DNA of 64,000 nt from Poseidonia sp. (GTDB lineage Archaea; Thermoplasmatota; Poseidoniia; Poseidoniales; Poseidoniaceae). Under the pieces are notes generated by a model that saw only the letters and a program-made list of their open reading frames with translations, made no database searches and was not told the DNA's origin. Both the position numbers and the translations under genes were made by a program. Of the stretch, positions 29,243-39,285 are shown piece after piece; the first letter of the stretch is position 1, and the number at the start of each line of letters is the position of its first letter. The stretch spans positions 4,626-68,625 of the forward strand of contig JBMSEL010000007.1 in the NCBI GenBank assembly GCA_049412325.1, given 5' to 3'.

Positions 29243-30838
29243 ATGGAAATCGACAACCCCACAGGCAAACCTGCTGTGAGGGGTTACAACATCATCAACG
29301 GCCAACTCACCTCGGCCAGCGACGCCTCTACCTTCGCCTCCACCAACCCGGCCCATTTAGCGGACTGCCTTGGTGAATTCCCGCTCTCCACCAGAGAGGA
29401 CGTTCGCAACGCCCTCCATGCCGCTCGCGATGCGTTCCCCGCATGGGCGGCCACACCGGCACCTACCCGAGGCCAAATCATCGGCAACATGGGCCGCCTT
29501 CTGATGGAACACAAGGACGCCCTCGTTGCCCTCGAAACACGCGAGATTGGAAAGACCCTCAAGGAGTCCGGTGGCGAAATTCAGGAAGCGATCGACACCT
29601 GTCTCTTCTTCCAGTCTGAAGGTCGGAGACTTTACGGGCAGACCGTCAACTCTGAACTTCCCGACAAGGAGCTGTTCACCTACCGTCGTCCGCTCGGTGT
29701 CTGCGGCATCATCAACGCCTGCAACTTCCCTTCAGCCGTGCCGTTCTGGAAGATGATTCCCGCCATCATGTGCGGCAACACCTGTGTGTGGAAGTCGCCG
29801 CAAGACGCCCCCCTGCTCTCGTTCGCCCTGGCTCGCATCATGCACGAAGCAGGCCTGCCTGACGGCGTCATCAACCTCGTTCACGGGAAAGGCAGCGGTG
29901 CTGGCCAATACCTTGTCGACGCCGTCGATGAGGGACTGGTCAACAAGATTTCCTTCACGGGTTCAACCGGCGTGGGCAAGATGATCGGCGAGGTTTGCGG
30001 CCGCAACCTCGTCTCTTGCTCGCTTGAGTTGGGTGGAAAGAACCCGCTCGTCGTCATGCCTTCGGCCGACCTCAACAACGCTGTGGAAGGCGCCTACTGG
30101 GGCGCATTCGGCACCGCCGGCCAACGCTGCACCAGCCTGGGCAACCTCATCCTTCACGAGGATGTTTACGACGAGTTCATGGAGAAATTCATGGCCAAGG
30201 TCAAGTCCACCCGCATTGGAAACTCGCTGGTGCACAAGGACGTGCTTTACGGCCCCATGCTCTCGGAAAAATACGCCAAGGATTTCCTTGCCGGCATCGA
30301 GATGGCCAAGGCCAGCGGTGCCACGCAAATCTGGGGCGAAGGTCCCATCACGGCGGACAGCGCACCTGAGAACTTCCTCGGCGATGCCAGCGAAGGCGTC
30401 TTCATGTGGCCGCACGTCTTTGTTGACGTTACCGAAGACATGGATTGTTTCCACGAGGAAATCTTCGGTCCCGTGGTCACCGTGGTCAAGGCGAAGGATT
30501 TCGACCACGCTCTCCACCTCGCCAACGCCAGCCCTTACGGTCTTTCATCCGCCATTTACACCAACGACCGCCTCGAAGCCTACCGCTACAAGACCGGCAT
30601 CAAGGCGGGCATGACGGGCATCAACAACTCCACCACTGGCGCTGAAGCCCACCTACCGTTTGGCGGTGTGAAGGGCTCAGGAAACGGAACCCGGGAATCG
30701 GGTATTTGGGTCATTGAGGCCTACTCCTACTGGCACGCTGTGAACGACGAACTCTCGGGCAAACTCCAACTCGCCCAAATGGACGTTGACGAGATCGAAA
30801 TGGTCGAAGCTGAAGTCAATTGGTCGGAATTGGCCTGA
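29243..30838 (+). CDS. NAD(P)-dependent aldehyde dehydrogenase. The ORF-track start at 29099 adds an implausible 48-aa extension; the start is taken at MEIDNP.
   Basis: ELGGKNP, catalytic-Cys block FGTAGQRCTS and GSTGVG NAD-binding motif. A TATA-like AT-rich stretch lies in the divergent intergenic region upstream. Confidence 0.85.
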   Translation: MEIDNPTGKPAVRGYNIINGQLTSASDASTFASTNPAHLADCLGEFPLSTREDVRNALHAARDAFPAWAATPAPTRGQIIGNMGRLLMEHKDALVALETREIGKTLKESGGEIQEAIDTCLFFQSEGRRLYGQTVNSELPDKELFTYRRPLGVCGIINACNFPSAVPFWKMIPAIMCGNTCVWKSPQDAPLLSFALARIMHEAGLPDGVINLVHGKGSGAGQYLVDAVDEGLVNKISFTGSTGVGKMIGEVCGRNLVSCSLELGGKNPLVVMPSADLNNAVEGAYWGAFGTAGQRCTSLGNLILHEDVYDEFMEKFMAKVKSTRIGNSLVHKDVLYGPMLSEKYAKDFLAGIEMAKASGATQIWGEGPITADSAPENFLGDASEGVFMWPHVFVDVTEDMDCFHEEIFGPVVTVVKAKDFDHALHLANASPYGLSSAIYTNDRLEAYRYKTGIKAGMTGINNSTTGAEAHLPFGGVKGSGNGTRESGIWVIEAYSYWHAVNDELSGKLQLAQMDVDEIEMVEAEVNWSELA

Positions 30839-30905
30839 GATTCTTTCAAAAACGGCCTGCGGCTCAATGGTGAACCTCAAAGACCCTGCCCTTCTCGGAT
30901 AGCAT

Positions 30906-30933
30906 GTCCCCATAGGGGACAGGGGGATTTTGA
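30906..30933 (+). promoter_or_regulatory. Palindrome GTCCCC-ATA-GGGGAC followed by a GGGGGATTTTG T-tract, 14 nt upstream of the SDH operon start
   Basis: 6-bp stem and 3-nt loop plus a T-run. A terminator for the aldehyde dehydrogenase gene and/or a regulatory site for sdh. Confidence 0.4.
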
Positions 30934-31752
30934 ATGGGTGAAGGGATTAAACTCCCGGTCCTAAACGGGCTCGGGCGTACCAATCGTATCGATAATTGGT
31001 GGAGCCAACCGATGGCCATGTTCATCGGACTCACCGCCGCACTGGTCTACACCTTCTGGCGCCTCTTCCTCTACGACGCTGACATTTCCTACGCCCTTCA
31101 CGGCAGCACGGTCATGTCGCCCATCTTTTCGCCCAACGTCCTCGAATGGAGCCTGTTCGGCCTCAACGAGTGGAACCACCCCGAATGGGTCAACGCCGCC
31201 ATCCTCGTGCTGTGGATTCCTTTCGGTTTCCGTGGCACTTGCTATTACATGCGCAGGGTATACTACCGCACCTTCTTCGCCAGCCCAACCGCTTGCTGGG
31301 TTGACGAGCCCGACATCAACAAGGCCATCGGCTACAAAGGCGAGAAGCGCTTGTTCATCTTCAACAACCTTCACCGCTATTTCCTCTACGCAGCCATGAT
31401 CATCCTGGTCATCAAGTGGTGGGACGTCACCCACACCATGCATTTCCACTCCACCACCCACGACGGCTACGGTGTCTCGATTGGAACGTTTGTCATGGCG
31501 ATTGAAGCCTTCCTGCTCACGATGTATGTCACCTCCTGCCACGCCCTGCGCCACTTGGCCGGTGGCATGCTCGACCGCTGGACCACCGGCATCAGCCGAG
31601 TGCGCGGCGTTTTGTTTGGCAAGATCAGCGTGCTGAACCGATCCCACGGATTCTGGTTCTGGACCTCCCTGACCTTCGTCTTCCTCGGCGACCTGTGGGT
31701 TTTGGCGGTCGCAGAAGGTCGATTGAGCGATATGGTGCTCTTTGTTGTGTGA
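30934..31752 (+). CDS. Succinate dehydrogenase / fumarate reductase membrane anchor subunit (single ~272-aa polytopic subunit)
   Basis: 5-6 TM helices. Immediately precedes sdhA and sdhB on the same strand. Confidence 0.6.
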   Translation: MGEGIKLPVLNGLGRTNRIDNWWSQPMAMFIGLTAALVYTFWRLFLYDADISYALHGSTVMSPIFSPNVLEWSLFGLNEWNHPEWVNAAILVLWIPFGFRGTCYYMRRVYYRTFFASPTACWVDEPDINKAIGYKGEKRLFIFNNLHRYFLYAAMIILVIKWWDVTHTMHFHSTTHDGYGVSIGTFVMAIEAFLLTMYVTSCHALRHLAGGMLDRWTTGISRVRGVLFGKISVLNRSHGFWFWTSLTFVFLGDLWVLAVAEGRLSDMVLFVV

Positions 31753-31758
31753 GGTGAG

Positions 31759-33615
31759 ATGATGAGTGAGAAGATTACCGAACACGAATACGACGTCATT
31801 GTCATCGGAGCAGGTGGCGCCGGCCTCCGTGCCGCCATCGAAGCAGCCCGCAGCGGTGCCAAGACCGCCATCATCACGAAGTCCTTGCTGGGCAAGGCTC
31901 ACACGGTCATGGCCGAAGGGGGTTGTGCAGCAGCCTTGCAGAACGCAGACCCACGAGACGGTTGGAAAGTGCACTTCCACGATACGATGAAGGGCAGCAA
32001 GTGGCTCGCCAACTGGCGAATGGCCGAATTCCACGCCAAGGAAGCTCCCGACCGTGTTCGAGAACTCGAACAATGGGGTGCCGTGTTCGATCGTACACCG
32101 AAGAACCTCATCAACCAGCGAAACTTCGGAGGCCACACCTTCCCCCGTCTCGCTCACGTCGGCGACGCTACGGGCCTCGAGATCATCCGCACCCTCCAAG
32201 AGCGAGGCATTCACGAAGGGATTGACATCTTCATGGAATACACGGTTCGCACCCTGCTCAAGGAAGGCGACCGTGTCACTGGCTGTGTCGCCTACACCCG
32301 TGTTGACGGTGATATCCACGCGTTCTCCGCCAAATCAGTGGTGCTCGCCACCGGCGGCATCACACGCTGTTGGTCGGTGTGTTCTGGCTCGTGGGAATAC
32401 ACCGGCGACGGCCACGCTCTCGCCCTATGGGCAGGTGCAGAACTCCGCGACATGGAGTTCGTTCAATTCCACCCCACCGGGATGGTATGGCCTCCCTCTG
32501 TGCGCGGCATCCTGGTGACCGAAGGCGTTCGTGGCGAAGGCGGCCGCCTCACCAACAGCGAAGGCAGTCGATTCATGTTTGACTATGTGCCCGAGATGTT
32601 TGCCGGCGACCACGCCGACACCATCGAGGAAGCCGACCAATGGGTCGAAGAAGTCGTGAGCGGGAAGCTGGCGACCGTTCGCCGACCACCCGAACTCCTG
32701 ACCCGAGACGTCGTTGCCAAGGCCATCAACGAGGAGGTCAAAGCAGGCCGAGGCTCCCCTCACGGCGGTGCATTCCTCGACATTTCCCATCGCGGCGAGG
32801 AAGCCATCATGAAGAAACTCCCCTCGATGCACCACCAGTTCAAGGAACTCGCTGGGGTTGACATCAGCAAGGAACCCATGGAAGTTGGGCCTACCGCTCA
32901 CTACGTCATGGGTGGCGTCATCGTTGATGCAGAATCACAGGAGACCACGGTCCCTGGCCTCTTTGCCTGCGGCGAAGTGGCTTCAGGGCTGCACGGTGCC
33001 AACCGCCTCGGAGGTAACTCGCTCTCGGACCTCATCGTGTTCGGCAAGCGAGCAGGTGAATTCGCGGCCAAGCGAGCCAAAGATTTGGCTCAGCCCTCCA
33101 TCGACGAAGCCCAAGTGGGCAGGGCCATTGACGACATACTGGCCCCGCTTCAGCGAGACGGTGGAGAAAACCCTGGTGTCATCTACGACGAGATGCGCGA
33201 CATGATGCAGGCCAAAGTCGGCATCATCCGTACCAAGAGCGAACTCGAGGAAGCCCTCGAGGACATCAAGGCGTTCAAGGCACGAGCGCTCGCTTGCTCC
33301 TCGGGCACCTCCCGCAAGTACAACTCCGGATGGCACCAAGCCCTCGACCTCATCAACATGGCCGACGTGTCCCATGCTGCTACGCTTGCCGCCATCACCC
33401 GAGAGGAAAGCCGAGGCGGCCACACCCGGGATGATTTCCCAACACCAGAGGACGACTATTGGGGCAAGACCCTGAACGTCATCTGGATGGAAGACGGCGA
33501 GATGAAAATTCGACAGGAACCCGTTGAGGAAATTCGCGACGACCTCAAGGACGCCCTCACCGAGGTGAAGGCGATGATCGCTGAGCGCGCAGCAGAAGCA
33601 GGAGGTGGAAACTAA
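31759..33615 (+). CDS. sdhA: Succinate dehydrogenase / fumarate reductase flavoprotein subunit
   Basis: VIVIGAGGAGLRAA FAD fold, covalent-FAD His block (AHTVMAEGG), RLGGNSL, 618 aa. Confidence 0.95.
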   Translation: MMSEKITEHEYDVIVIGAGGAGLRAAIEAARSGAKTAIITKSLLGKAHTVMAEGGCAAALQNADPRDGWKVHFHDTMKGSKWLANWRMAEFHAKEAPDRVRELEQWGAVFDRTPKNLINQRNFGGHTFPRLAHVGDATGLEIIRTLQERGIHEGIDIFMEYTVRTLLKEGDRVTGCVAYTRVDGDIHAFSAKSVVLATGGITRCWSVCSGSWEYTGDGHALALWAGAELRDMEFVQFHPTGMVWPPSVRGILVTEGVRGEGGRLTNSEGSRFMFDYVPEMFAGDHADTIEEADQWVEEVVSGKLATVRRPPELLTRDVVAKAINEEVKAGRGSPHGGAFLDISHRGEEAIMKKLPSMHHQFKELAGVDISKEPMEVGPTAHYVMGGVIVDAESQETTVPGLFACGEVASGLHGANRLGGNSLSDLIVFGKRAGEFAAKRAKDLAQPSIDEAQVGRAIDDILAPLQRDGGENPGVIYDEMRDMMQAKVGIIRTKSELEEALEDIKAFKARALACSSGTSRKYNSGWHQALDLINMADVSHAATLAAITREESRGGHTRDDFPTPEDDYWGKTLNVIWMEDGEMKIRQEPVEEIRDDLKDALTEVKAMIAERAAEAGGGN

Positions 33616-34382
33616 TGTCCCTCAAAGGCACCAAACAATCGTTCAACATTCTACGCGGCGAAGGCGACGACGCCAAACTTCAGGCCTACGAACTGGAACT
33701 TGATGAGGGCATGGTCGTGCTTGACTGCCTGCATCGCATCCAACACGACCAAGAACCCGACATGGCGGTTCGCTGGAACTGCAAAGCCGGTAAGTGCGGC
33801 TCGTGTTCGGCTGAAATCAACGGTCGCCCTCGTCTGATGTGCATGACACGCATGAGCGACGTGGTCGCAGAAACCCCTGCAGGCCAACCCATTGAGATTC
33901 GACCGATGAAGACCTTCCCGCACGTCAAGGACCTGGTGACCGACGTGAGTTGGAACTACGACGTCGCTCAGCGAATCGCCCCCATCAACGGCCCTGAGTC
34001 GATGGATTGGGAGTTCAACCAAATGGAAGCCGACCGTGTGCAGCATTTCCGTGAATGCATCGAGTGTTTCCTGTGCGTCAACACCTGTCACGTGCTCCGA
34101 GACCACGAACTCTTCGATGATTTCGCTGGCCCACGCAACCTTGTTCGCTTGGCGCAGTACGAGATGCACCCGCTTGACACCGAGGACCGTGTTCCAGAGA
34201 TCAAGAAGGAATTCGGCGTTGAATACTGCAACATCACCCGATGTTGCACCGAAGTGTGTCCTGCTGGCATTCAGATCACGGACGATGCCATCATTCAGCT
34301 CAAGGAACGCGTGGTTGACCGCTACTACGACCCGCTGCAGCGGATCTGGCGCACCCTCACCCGCCAGAAGGTCCGCTATTGA
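33615..34382 (+). CDS. sdhB: Succinate dehydrogenase / fumarate reductase iron-sulfur subunit
   Basis: [2Fe-2S] CKAGKCGSC...C, [4Fe-4S] CIECFLCVNTC and [3Fe-4S] CTEVCP clusters. ATGA overlap with sdhA. Confidence 0.95.
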   Translation: MSLKGTKQSFNILRGEGDDAKLQAYELELDEGMVVLDCLHRIQHDQEPDMAVRWNCKAGKCGSCSAEINGRPRLMCMTRMSDVVAETPAGQPIEIRPMKTFPHVKDLVTDVSWNYDVAQRIAPINGPESMDWEFNQMEADRVQHFRECIECFLCVNTCHVLRDHELFDDFAGPRNLVRLAQYEMHPLDTEDRVPEIKKEFGVEYCNITRCCTEVCPAGIQITDDAIIQLKERVVDRYYDPLQRIWRTLTRQKVRY

Positions 34383-34412
34383 CCATCGGTCAGCGTGTAT
34401 CAGAAAGAGGCG

Positions 34413-35360
34413 TCATCCCCGAGCGATGAGCCAGTCTCGTACCCAGGACTCTCCAAAGCCGTCGTAAACCACATTGGGTGGTTGGAGGGGCCGCACGATG
34501 ACCAGGATATCCAACTGGCCGCCCCACGAGGCTTTGGCAACCACCGAGACCTCACCGACCTTCGTCCCTTCCGGGTCTGAACCAAACGCCGTGGTGTTGA
34601 TGTTGTAGAACCTGTGCACCACCGTTTCAACATCGCCAGAATCCCAACTGCCGATGATGATGTCAATGGAGGACGGTGCCGGCTCGGGTTGCAGCGTGAT
34701 CTCCTCTGGGTTCAGACGCACGAACGGGACCTCCTCGTCAATCAACTCAATCGCTTGATGCAATCGACCGGTTTCCATGTTCATGAGCGAAGCAAGGGTG
34801 AGCGCCACCGTCTCAGCGCTCATCACGCCAGGTTGATGCGGGAGGCGCAATGTCATGGACAGCAGCACCTCAACATCCGAGGTGAACCACGTGTATTGCT
34901 GACCAGCAGGGTACATCGGTGCATGCGGGTTCTCGGTGAACAGAGGTTGGCCCCAATCCTCTGGAGAAACGGGCTGGGAAACAGGAAGAAAGCCGGTGGC
35001 CCCCATGCAAAGAACCGCTACACACAGCGCCAGCAATCGAGGCGTCCGCTGGACAGACCATTCTTGACGCCCTGCCGGACTCAGGATGGAAAGCAGCAAG
35101 AGCAAAGGAAGTGCCAACAACGCACCTGCCGGAACAACCCAAATGAGGACGGTGAAGGCCAGCGCCATGCGTACGCCGCCCACGCCAATGGCATCGGTCC
35201 AGTGGCCCCCTTCTTCATCCACGGCAGTACGCCGATGATGGAGGTACAGTGCAAGGCCTCCCCCCGCCAACGGAGCCAACGACTGGAGGACACCTTGCCA
35301 CATCGTCACTACCACTGCTGTGTCATCACAAGCCCGCCATAGAGGTTCGCCTCTCGCCAA
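34413..35360 (-). CDS. Hypothetical membrane protein (N-terminal TM helices plus a soluble domain). The start may be an internal M.
   Basis: ORF with hydrophobic segments (ALAFTVLIWVVPAGALLALPLLLLL). No domain recognised. Divergent from the ABC transporter operon. Confidence 0.4.
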   Translation of the reverse strand: MARGEPLWRACDDTAVVVTMWQGVLQSLAPLAGGGLALYLHHRRTAVDEEGGHWTDAIGVGGVRMALAFTVLIWVVPAGALLALPLLLLLSILSPAGRQEWSVQRTPRLLALCVAVLCMGATGFLPVSQPVSPEDWGQPLFTENPHAPMYPAGQQYTWFTSDVEVLLSMTLRLPHQPGVMSAETVALTLASLMNMETGRLHQAIELIDEEVPFVRLNPEEITLQPEPAPSSIDIIIGSWDSGDVETVVHRFYNINTTAFGSDPEGTKVGEVSVVAKASWGGQLDILVIVRPLQPPNVVYDGFGESWVRDWLIARG

Positions 35361-35392
35361 GGTTGATGCAAGGGTTTCCCGTGGGTTTGGTC

Positions 35393-36415
35393 ATGGCGGA
35401 GGCGGTTCTTTCCTTCCGGTCGGTCCAACACCGCCATGTCGTACCCGCCCCAAGGTTGACCAAACCGTGGGCCACACGGGAGGGGCCCGGTGTCGTTGGT
35501 GTCTCGCTCGACCTTCACGAAGGTGCCGTCTTGGGACTCATCGGACCGAACGGAGCAGGGAAAACGACGCTGCTGCGATTGATGGCGGGCATTCTTCCGA
35601 TTCAATCGGGTGAAATCAAAAGCCGATTTGATGGAACGACATGGACCGATGTGCATGATTTGCGCACTTTTGTTGGCCACATGCCCGAACAAGTTCGCTG
35701 GCAAGGGCGTGCAACGGTGCTGCACGCCCTCACACAACTCGGTGATATGCGCGGCACGTCGGCGAAGACCATCGAACGCTTGCTCGCATTGGTGGGATTG
35801 CGTAGCCGCCGTGATGAACCGCTCGACAACCTAAGTCAAGGCATGCGACAGCGCCTGTCCATCGCCGCCGCCCTGCTGGGCTCACCCAAGGTGCTGCTCC
35901 TCGATGAACCGTTCAACGGCCTTGACCCGGTCGCCGCGCAAGCCTTCGCGGCCCTGGTGAGGACCTTGGCCTCAAAGGGCGTCAGCGTCGTCATCTCCTC
36001 CCACATGGTCGCACAGCTTGAAGGATTGATCGACCGGATCGCTCTGCTTCATCGAGGGCAACTGCTCGACGAAGGACCTCTCGGTGAGGTCGAACAGCGG
36101 CTGGGCTTGAACGGCAGGTACGCCATCACGGGCACCGGCGAGGTGGACCCCAAGGTCTTGGTGAAAGAAAAGGACATCCTGACGTTTGAGCAGCGGGAAC
36201 ACGATTGGACACTGACCGTGAACGGACCCTCGACTGAAGCGTTGAAGGCGGCCGACCACAACGGTGTTGCCTTGACCTCCTGGGCGCCAGTTCGCCCGAA
36301 TTTGGTGGAATGGTTATGTGCGGCCACCGGGATGAGCGTGGATGACATCTCCCTGGAAGTTGCTTCGTCCGCTTTGTTGCCCATGCAATCGTTGGAGGTG
36401 CGTGAAGATGAGTGA
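35393..36415 (+). CDS. ABC transporter ATP-binding protein. The start is taken at MAEAV, since the ORF-track 5' extension overlaps the divergent gene.
   Basis: Walker A GPNGAGKTTLL, signature LSQGMRQRLS, Walker B LLLDEPFNGLD and H-loop SSHM. Confidence 0.85.
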   Translation: MAEAVLSFRSVQHRHVVPAPRLTKPWATREGPGVVGVSLDLHEGAVLGLIGPNGAGKTTLLRLMAGILPIQSGEIKSRFDGTTWTDVHDLRTFVGHMPEQVRWQGRATVLHALTQLGDMRGTSAKTIERLLALVGLRSRRDEPLDNLSQGMRQRLSIAAALLGSPKVLLLDEPFNGLDPVAAQAFAALVRTLASKGVSVVISSHMVAQLEGLIDRIALLHRGQLLDEGPLGEVEQRLGLNGRYAITGTGEVDPKVLVKEKDILTFEQREHDWTLTVNGPSTEALKAADHNGVALTSWAPVRPNLVEWLCAATGMSVDDISLEVASSALLPMQSLEVREDE

Positions 36416-37238
36416 CCTTCAGCGAATTTTCAACGTCGCTGCACGAATTCGAAGGGAACGGTTGGCCGGCATTCGCCTGAAAATCATGATGCCCATCCTG
36501 TTACTGTTCCTCCCGGGCATGGCGTGGGGCTTTTCCGACCCCAACATCGTGCTCCCCGGTGGTCATCGTCCCGACACCGCCATGGAGGTCTTGTTCTATG
36601 CCTCGCTCGGCGTGGTGTTTGGTGCCACCATGTGCGCTGTGTTGATGGCCTTTGACGGCGTGAGCAAAGACCGAGCCAGCGGCATGCTCGAAGTCCGTTT
36701 GGCTCAGCCGATGCCACGACGCCACCAAGCGACGGCCCTCATCCTCGGCCACGCACAAAGCATCCTTCTTCCGGTGTACGTGTTGCTCGCTGCCGCCGTC
36801 GTGGTGGTCCGCCTTCGAATGGGTGAATGGCCAACCGTGGGTGAATTGTTGGTGTACGCTGTTTCAACCGGCCTCATCGTGGTGTGGTACACTTTGTTCG
36901 CCTTGCTGGCTTCAACCTCAGCAAAGGAACAGGGAACCGCCATTGCGTTTGGTGTCGGCGTGTGGTTCTTTTTCACCTTTCTTTGGGCCTTGGTGACCAC
37001 CATGGTGGCTTATGCGTCCGGCGTTGCGGTTGGGGAAGCCAACGACCCTGCATGGGTCGCGCTCGAAGGCATGCTGGACTTGCTGTCGCCCAACGGCGTC
37101 TACCATCACCTCTTGGAAACCCAACTTCCAACGGTTGACCGTGGCGTTGCAGTGTGGCAATCATGGTTCGCAGCCCTGCTATGGACGGCGGTGCCTTGGT
37201 GGGCCCTCCACCGGCGCATGGAACGCCTTGTTCCGTGA
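36408..37238 (+). CDS. ABC-2 type transporter permease (start MSDLQRIF, 8-nt overlap with the ATPase stop)
   Basis: ~6 TM helices. Typical ATPase-permease coupling. Confidence 0.7.
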   Translation: MSDLQRIFNVAARIRRERLAGIRLKIMMPILLLFLPGMAWGFSDPNIVLPGGHRPDTAMEVLFYASLGVVFGATMCAVLMAFDGVSKDRASGMLEVRLAQPMPRRHQATALILGHAQSILLPVYVLLAAAVVVVRLRMGEWPTVGELLVYAVSTGLIVVWYTLFALLASTSAKEQGTAIAFGVGVWFFFTFLWALVTTMVAYASGVAVGEANDPAWVALEGMLDLLSPNGVYHHLLETQLPTVDRGVAVWQSWFAALLWTAVPWWALHRRMERLVP

Positions 37239-37250
37239 AGGAATCATCCA

Positions 37251-39236
37251 ATGCTTCATGAAGGCGAAAGTCAAGGGAATGCTATGGCACGCCGATTGAC
37301 CGCACCGATGCTCGCCTTCCTCATCACGTTCGTTTTGCTTGGCGTGACCTCAGCCCCAGTCTTCACCGATGCAGCCGATTCCGCTGTGGTTTCCTCCACT
37401 CAAGGACGTCAAGATACACTTGACGTGGATTGCAGCGGGTACTCATTTGAAGACCTCTTCGAGTATGATTTTGCGCTGTTTGAACTCGATGTGCTCGACG
37501 ACTGGGCCACCGGCGACATGTTCGCTAACGCCTGGGTGAACGGCTCAAACTCAGCCATTGTTCGCGATAACCTTGACGGGCTCTTCGAGGGGCTGCCGGG
37601 AGGCGACAACGACTGGATCAGTACCGACGAGCGAGACGCTGTTCGCAGCATCGGACCCAAGTGCATCGCCGACATGGAAACCCGACTTGGCATGCGGGAA
37701 GGCATCCCTCACTCGGGTGGCGTGGATTGGAACGACTTTGAGTTCGTTGAGGACGGCATCGGCCTTGACGAGGTGAACCTCGTTCCCGAAGGCCATCCTG
37801 ACGCCCGAACATGCACCAATTTTGGTGCAGCGGCCGACTGCAAAGAAGTGCCCACCTCAACCACCGATGACATGGAGATCAGCCTCTCGGTAGCCGACGG
37901 CCAGGCCAACAACGTGCGCTGGGACCAACTCCCGAACAGTGGCGTGTCCAACTTTACGCTGGCCATGAACATCAGCAACATGAGCAACGCCGCCCTTGTC
38001 GTGACTTTCCCTGTGCTGCAGGGCCTGCGAATGTATGATTTCCGCGTCACCGACAACCAACCTGCCAGTGGCCAAACCTGTGATCATATTGGCCAACCCT
38101 CCTTCATGTACCTCCCCGATGGGGCCCTCCGAGTCACCCAACTCGTCAACTTTGATCGAACCCAATGGGATTTGTACTGTGATATGTTCATGGATTTCAC
38201 CACCCAAGAGCCAGCGACGAACGACGTACCCGCTTGGACGGATGAGGCTCCAGCCAACGGCACGGTCGTGCCCACCTCCGGAACGGGCACGTGGCGGTTT
38301 GCCTCGGCCGATGTTGGAAACGCTTGGGCTGCCGATGAAAACGGCTGGTCGCTTCAATGCACCTTTGATGAAGCCGGCTGGAGTGTTTCCACCAACGTCA
38401 TCGGTGATTTCTTTGTCACCCAGCCCGCCGAGTCTACACAAGCCACAGCGAGCTGTTTGCCGGTGGACCCCTTGGGGGCCGTCGATGAAAACAACACGCG
38501 AACCTGGACCTTCGGAACGCTCTACACCGCCACAGCCACCGTGGACGATGACGGCAAGACCGCTCGGTTGACCATCACCTCCACCGGCTTGGTCAACGAA
38601 TTCCTGTTCTCTGCTCGCGCCGTTCAAGACGGTCAGATGGGCGGCGCCGGCGAAACGATCACCGTAGCCGCAGCACCGACGGTGACCGCCGTTTCCCTGC
38701 AGAGCATTCGCCCCGGAACGTTCGCTTTCGCCGTGATGGCCGAGGCCAGCAACATGCTGGACCATCAGGCTGACCTCGCCCTTGGTCTCACCAAACCAAA
38801 CTCACCGCCCGTCGTCTCTGTCGCTGTGAACTTCGACGGGGAGAACGCCACATGGGACGAGAGTCAACTCAAATTCGAGATGTACGGCTTGGTCTCTGAC
38901 CCCGACCTTGAAGCCGTCACGATGAGCCTCACCATCTGTGGAGCGGACTACCAAGGGTTCAACATCGACGGCATCAACTGGGTCGTGGAAGTCTCCACCG
39001 CCATCTGCCTCGCCAACGGCTTGACCAATTACGATGTGCTCATCACTGCGGTTGATGAATCCGGTGCTAGCACGCAACTTGCTGTCAGCATCCCCAGCCC
39101 CGTTTCCGAGGAACCACCTGAAGTGGCCCCGCCACTGGTTGACGATGAAAGCGGTGCCCTCCCGTCTCTCTCGTTCCTGGCCACGCTCACGATGCTCGGC
39201 GCCGCCATGCTGCTTCAGCGACGGAAGCCTGAGTGA
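37251..39236 (+). CDS. Secreted/cell-surface protein (~650 aa) with a signal peptide and a C-terminal PGF-CTERM-like membrane anchor, co-oriented with the ABC-2 transporter
   Basis: N-terminal MARRLTAPMLAFLITFVLLGVTSA. Thr/Asp/Asn-rich body (beta-rich composition). C-terminus ...PSLSFLATLTMLGAAMLLQRRKPE (short motif, TM helix, basic tail). Confidence 0.55.
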   Translation: MLHEGESQGNAMARRLTAPMLAFLITFVLLGVTSAPVFTDAADSAVVSSTQGRQDTLDVDCSGYSFEDLFEYDFALFELDVLDDWATGDMFANAWVNGSNSAIVRDNLDGLFEGLPGGDNDWISTDERDAVRSIGPKCIADMETRLGMREGIPHSGGVDWNDFEFVEDGIGLDEVNLVPEGHPDARTCTNFGAAADCKEVPTSTTDDMEISLSVADGQANNVRWDQLPNSGVSNFTLAMNISNMSNAALVVTFPVLQGLRMYDFRVTDNQPASGQTCDHIGQPSFMYLPDGALRVTQLVNFDRTQWDLYCDMFMDFTTQEPATNDVPAWTDEAPANGTVVPTSGTGTWRFASADVGNAWAADENGWSLQCTFDEAGWSVSTNVIGDFFVTQPAESTQATASCLPVDPLGAVDENNTRTWTFGTLYTATATVDDDGKTARLTITSTGLVNEFLFSARAVQDGQMGGAGETITVAAAPTVTAVSLQSIRPGTFAFAVMAEASNMLDHQADLALGLTKPNSPPVVSVAVNFDGENATWDESQLKFEMYGLVSDPDLEAVTMSLTICGADYQGFNIDGINWVVEVSTAICLANGLTNYDVLITAVDESGASTQLAVSIPSPVSEEPPEVAPPLVDDESGALPSLSFLATLTMLGAAMLLQRRKPE

Positions 39237-39285
39237 TACCGACAACACCAAAAGCACTTGGCCGCAGGATTGAACAGGTCTAGAG

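Noticed and set aside
30961-32319. 452-aa minus-strand ORF across sdhC/sdhA
   Set aside because: Antisense to the SDH genes, whose motifs are unambiguous.
35249-35392. N-terminal 48 codons of the ABC ATPase ORF
   Set aside because: They would overlap the divergent minus-strand gene (34413..35360) by more than 100 nt. The typical ABC start is at MAEAV.
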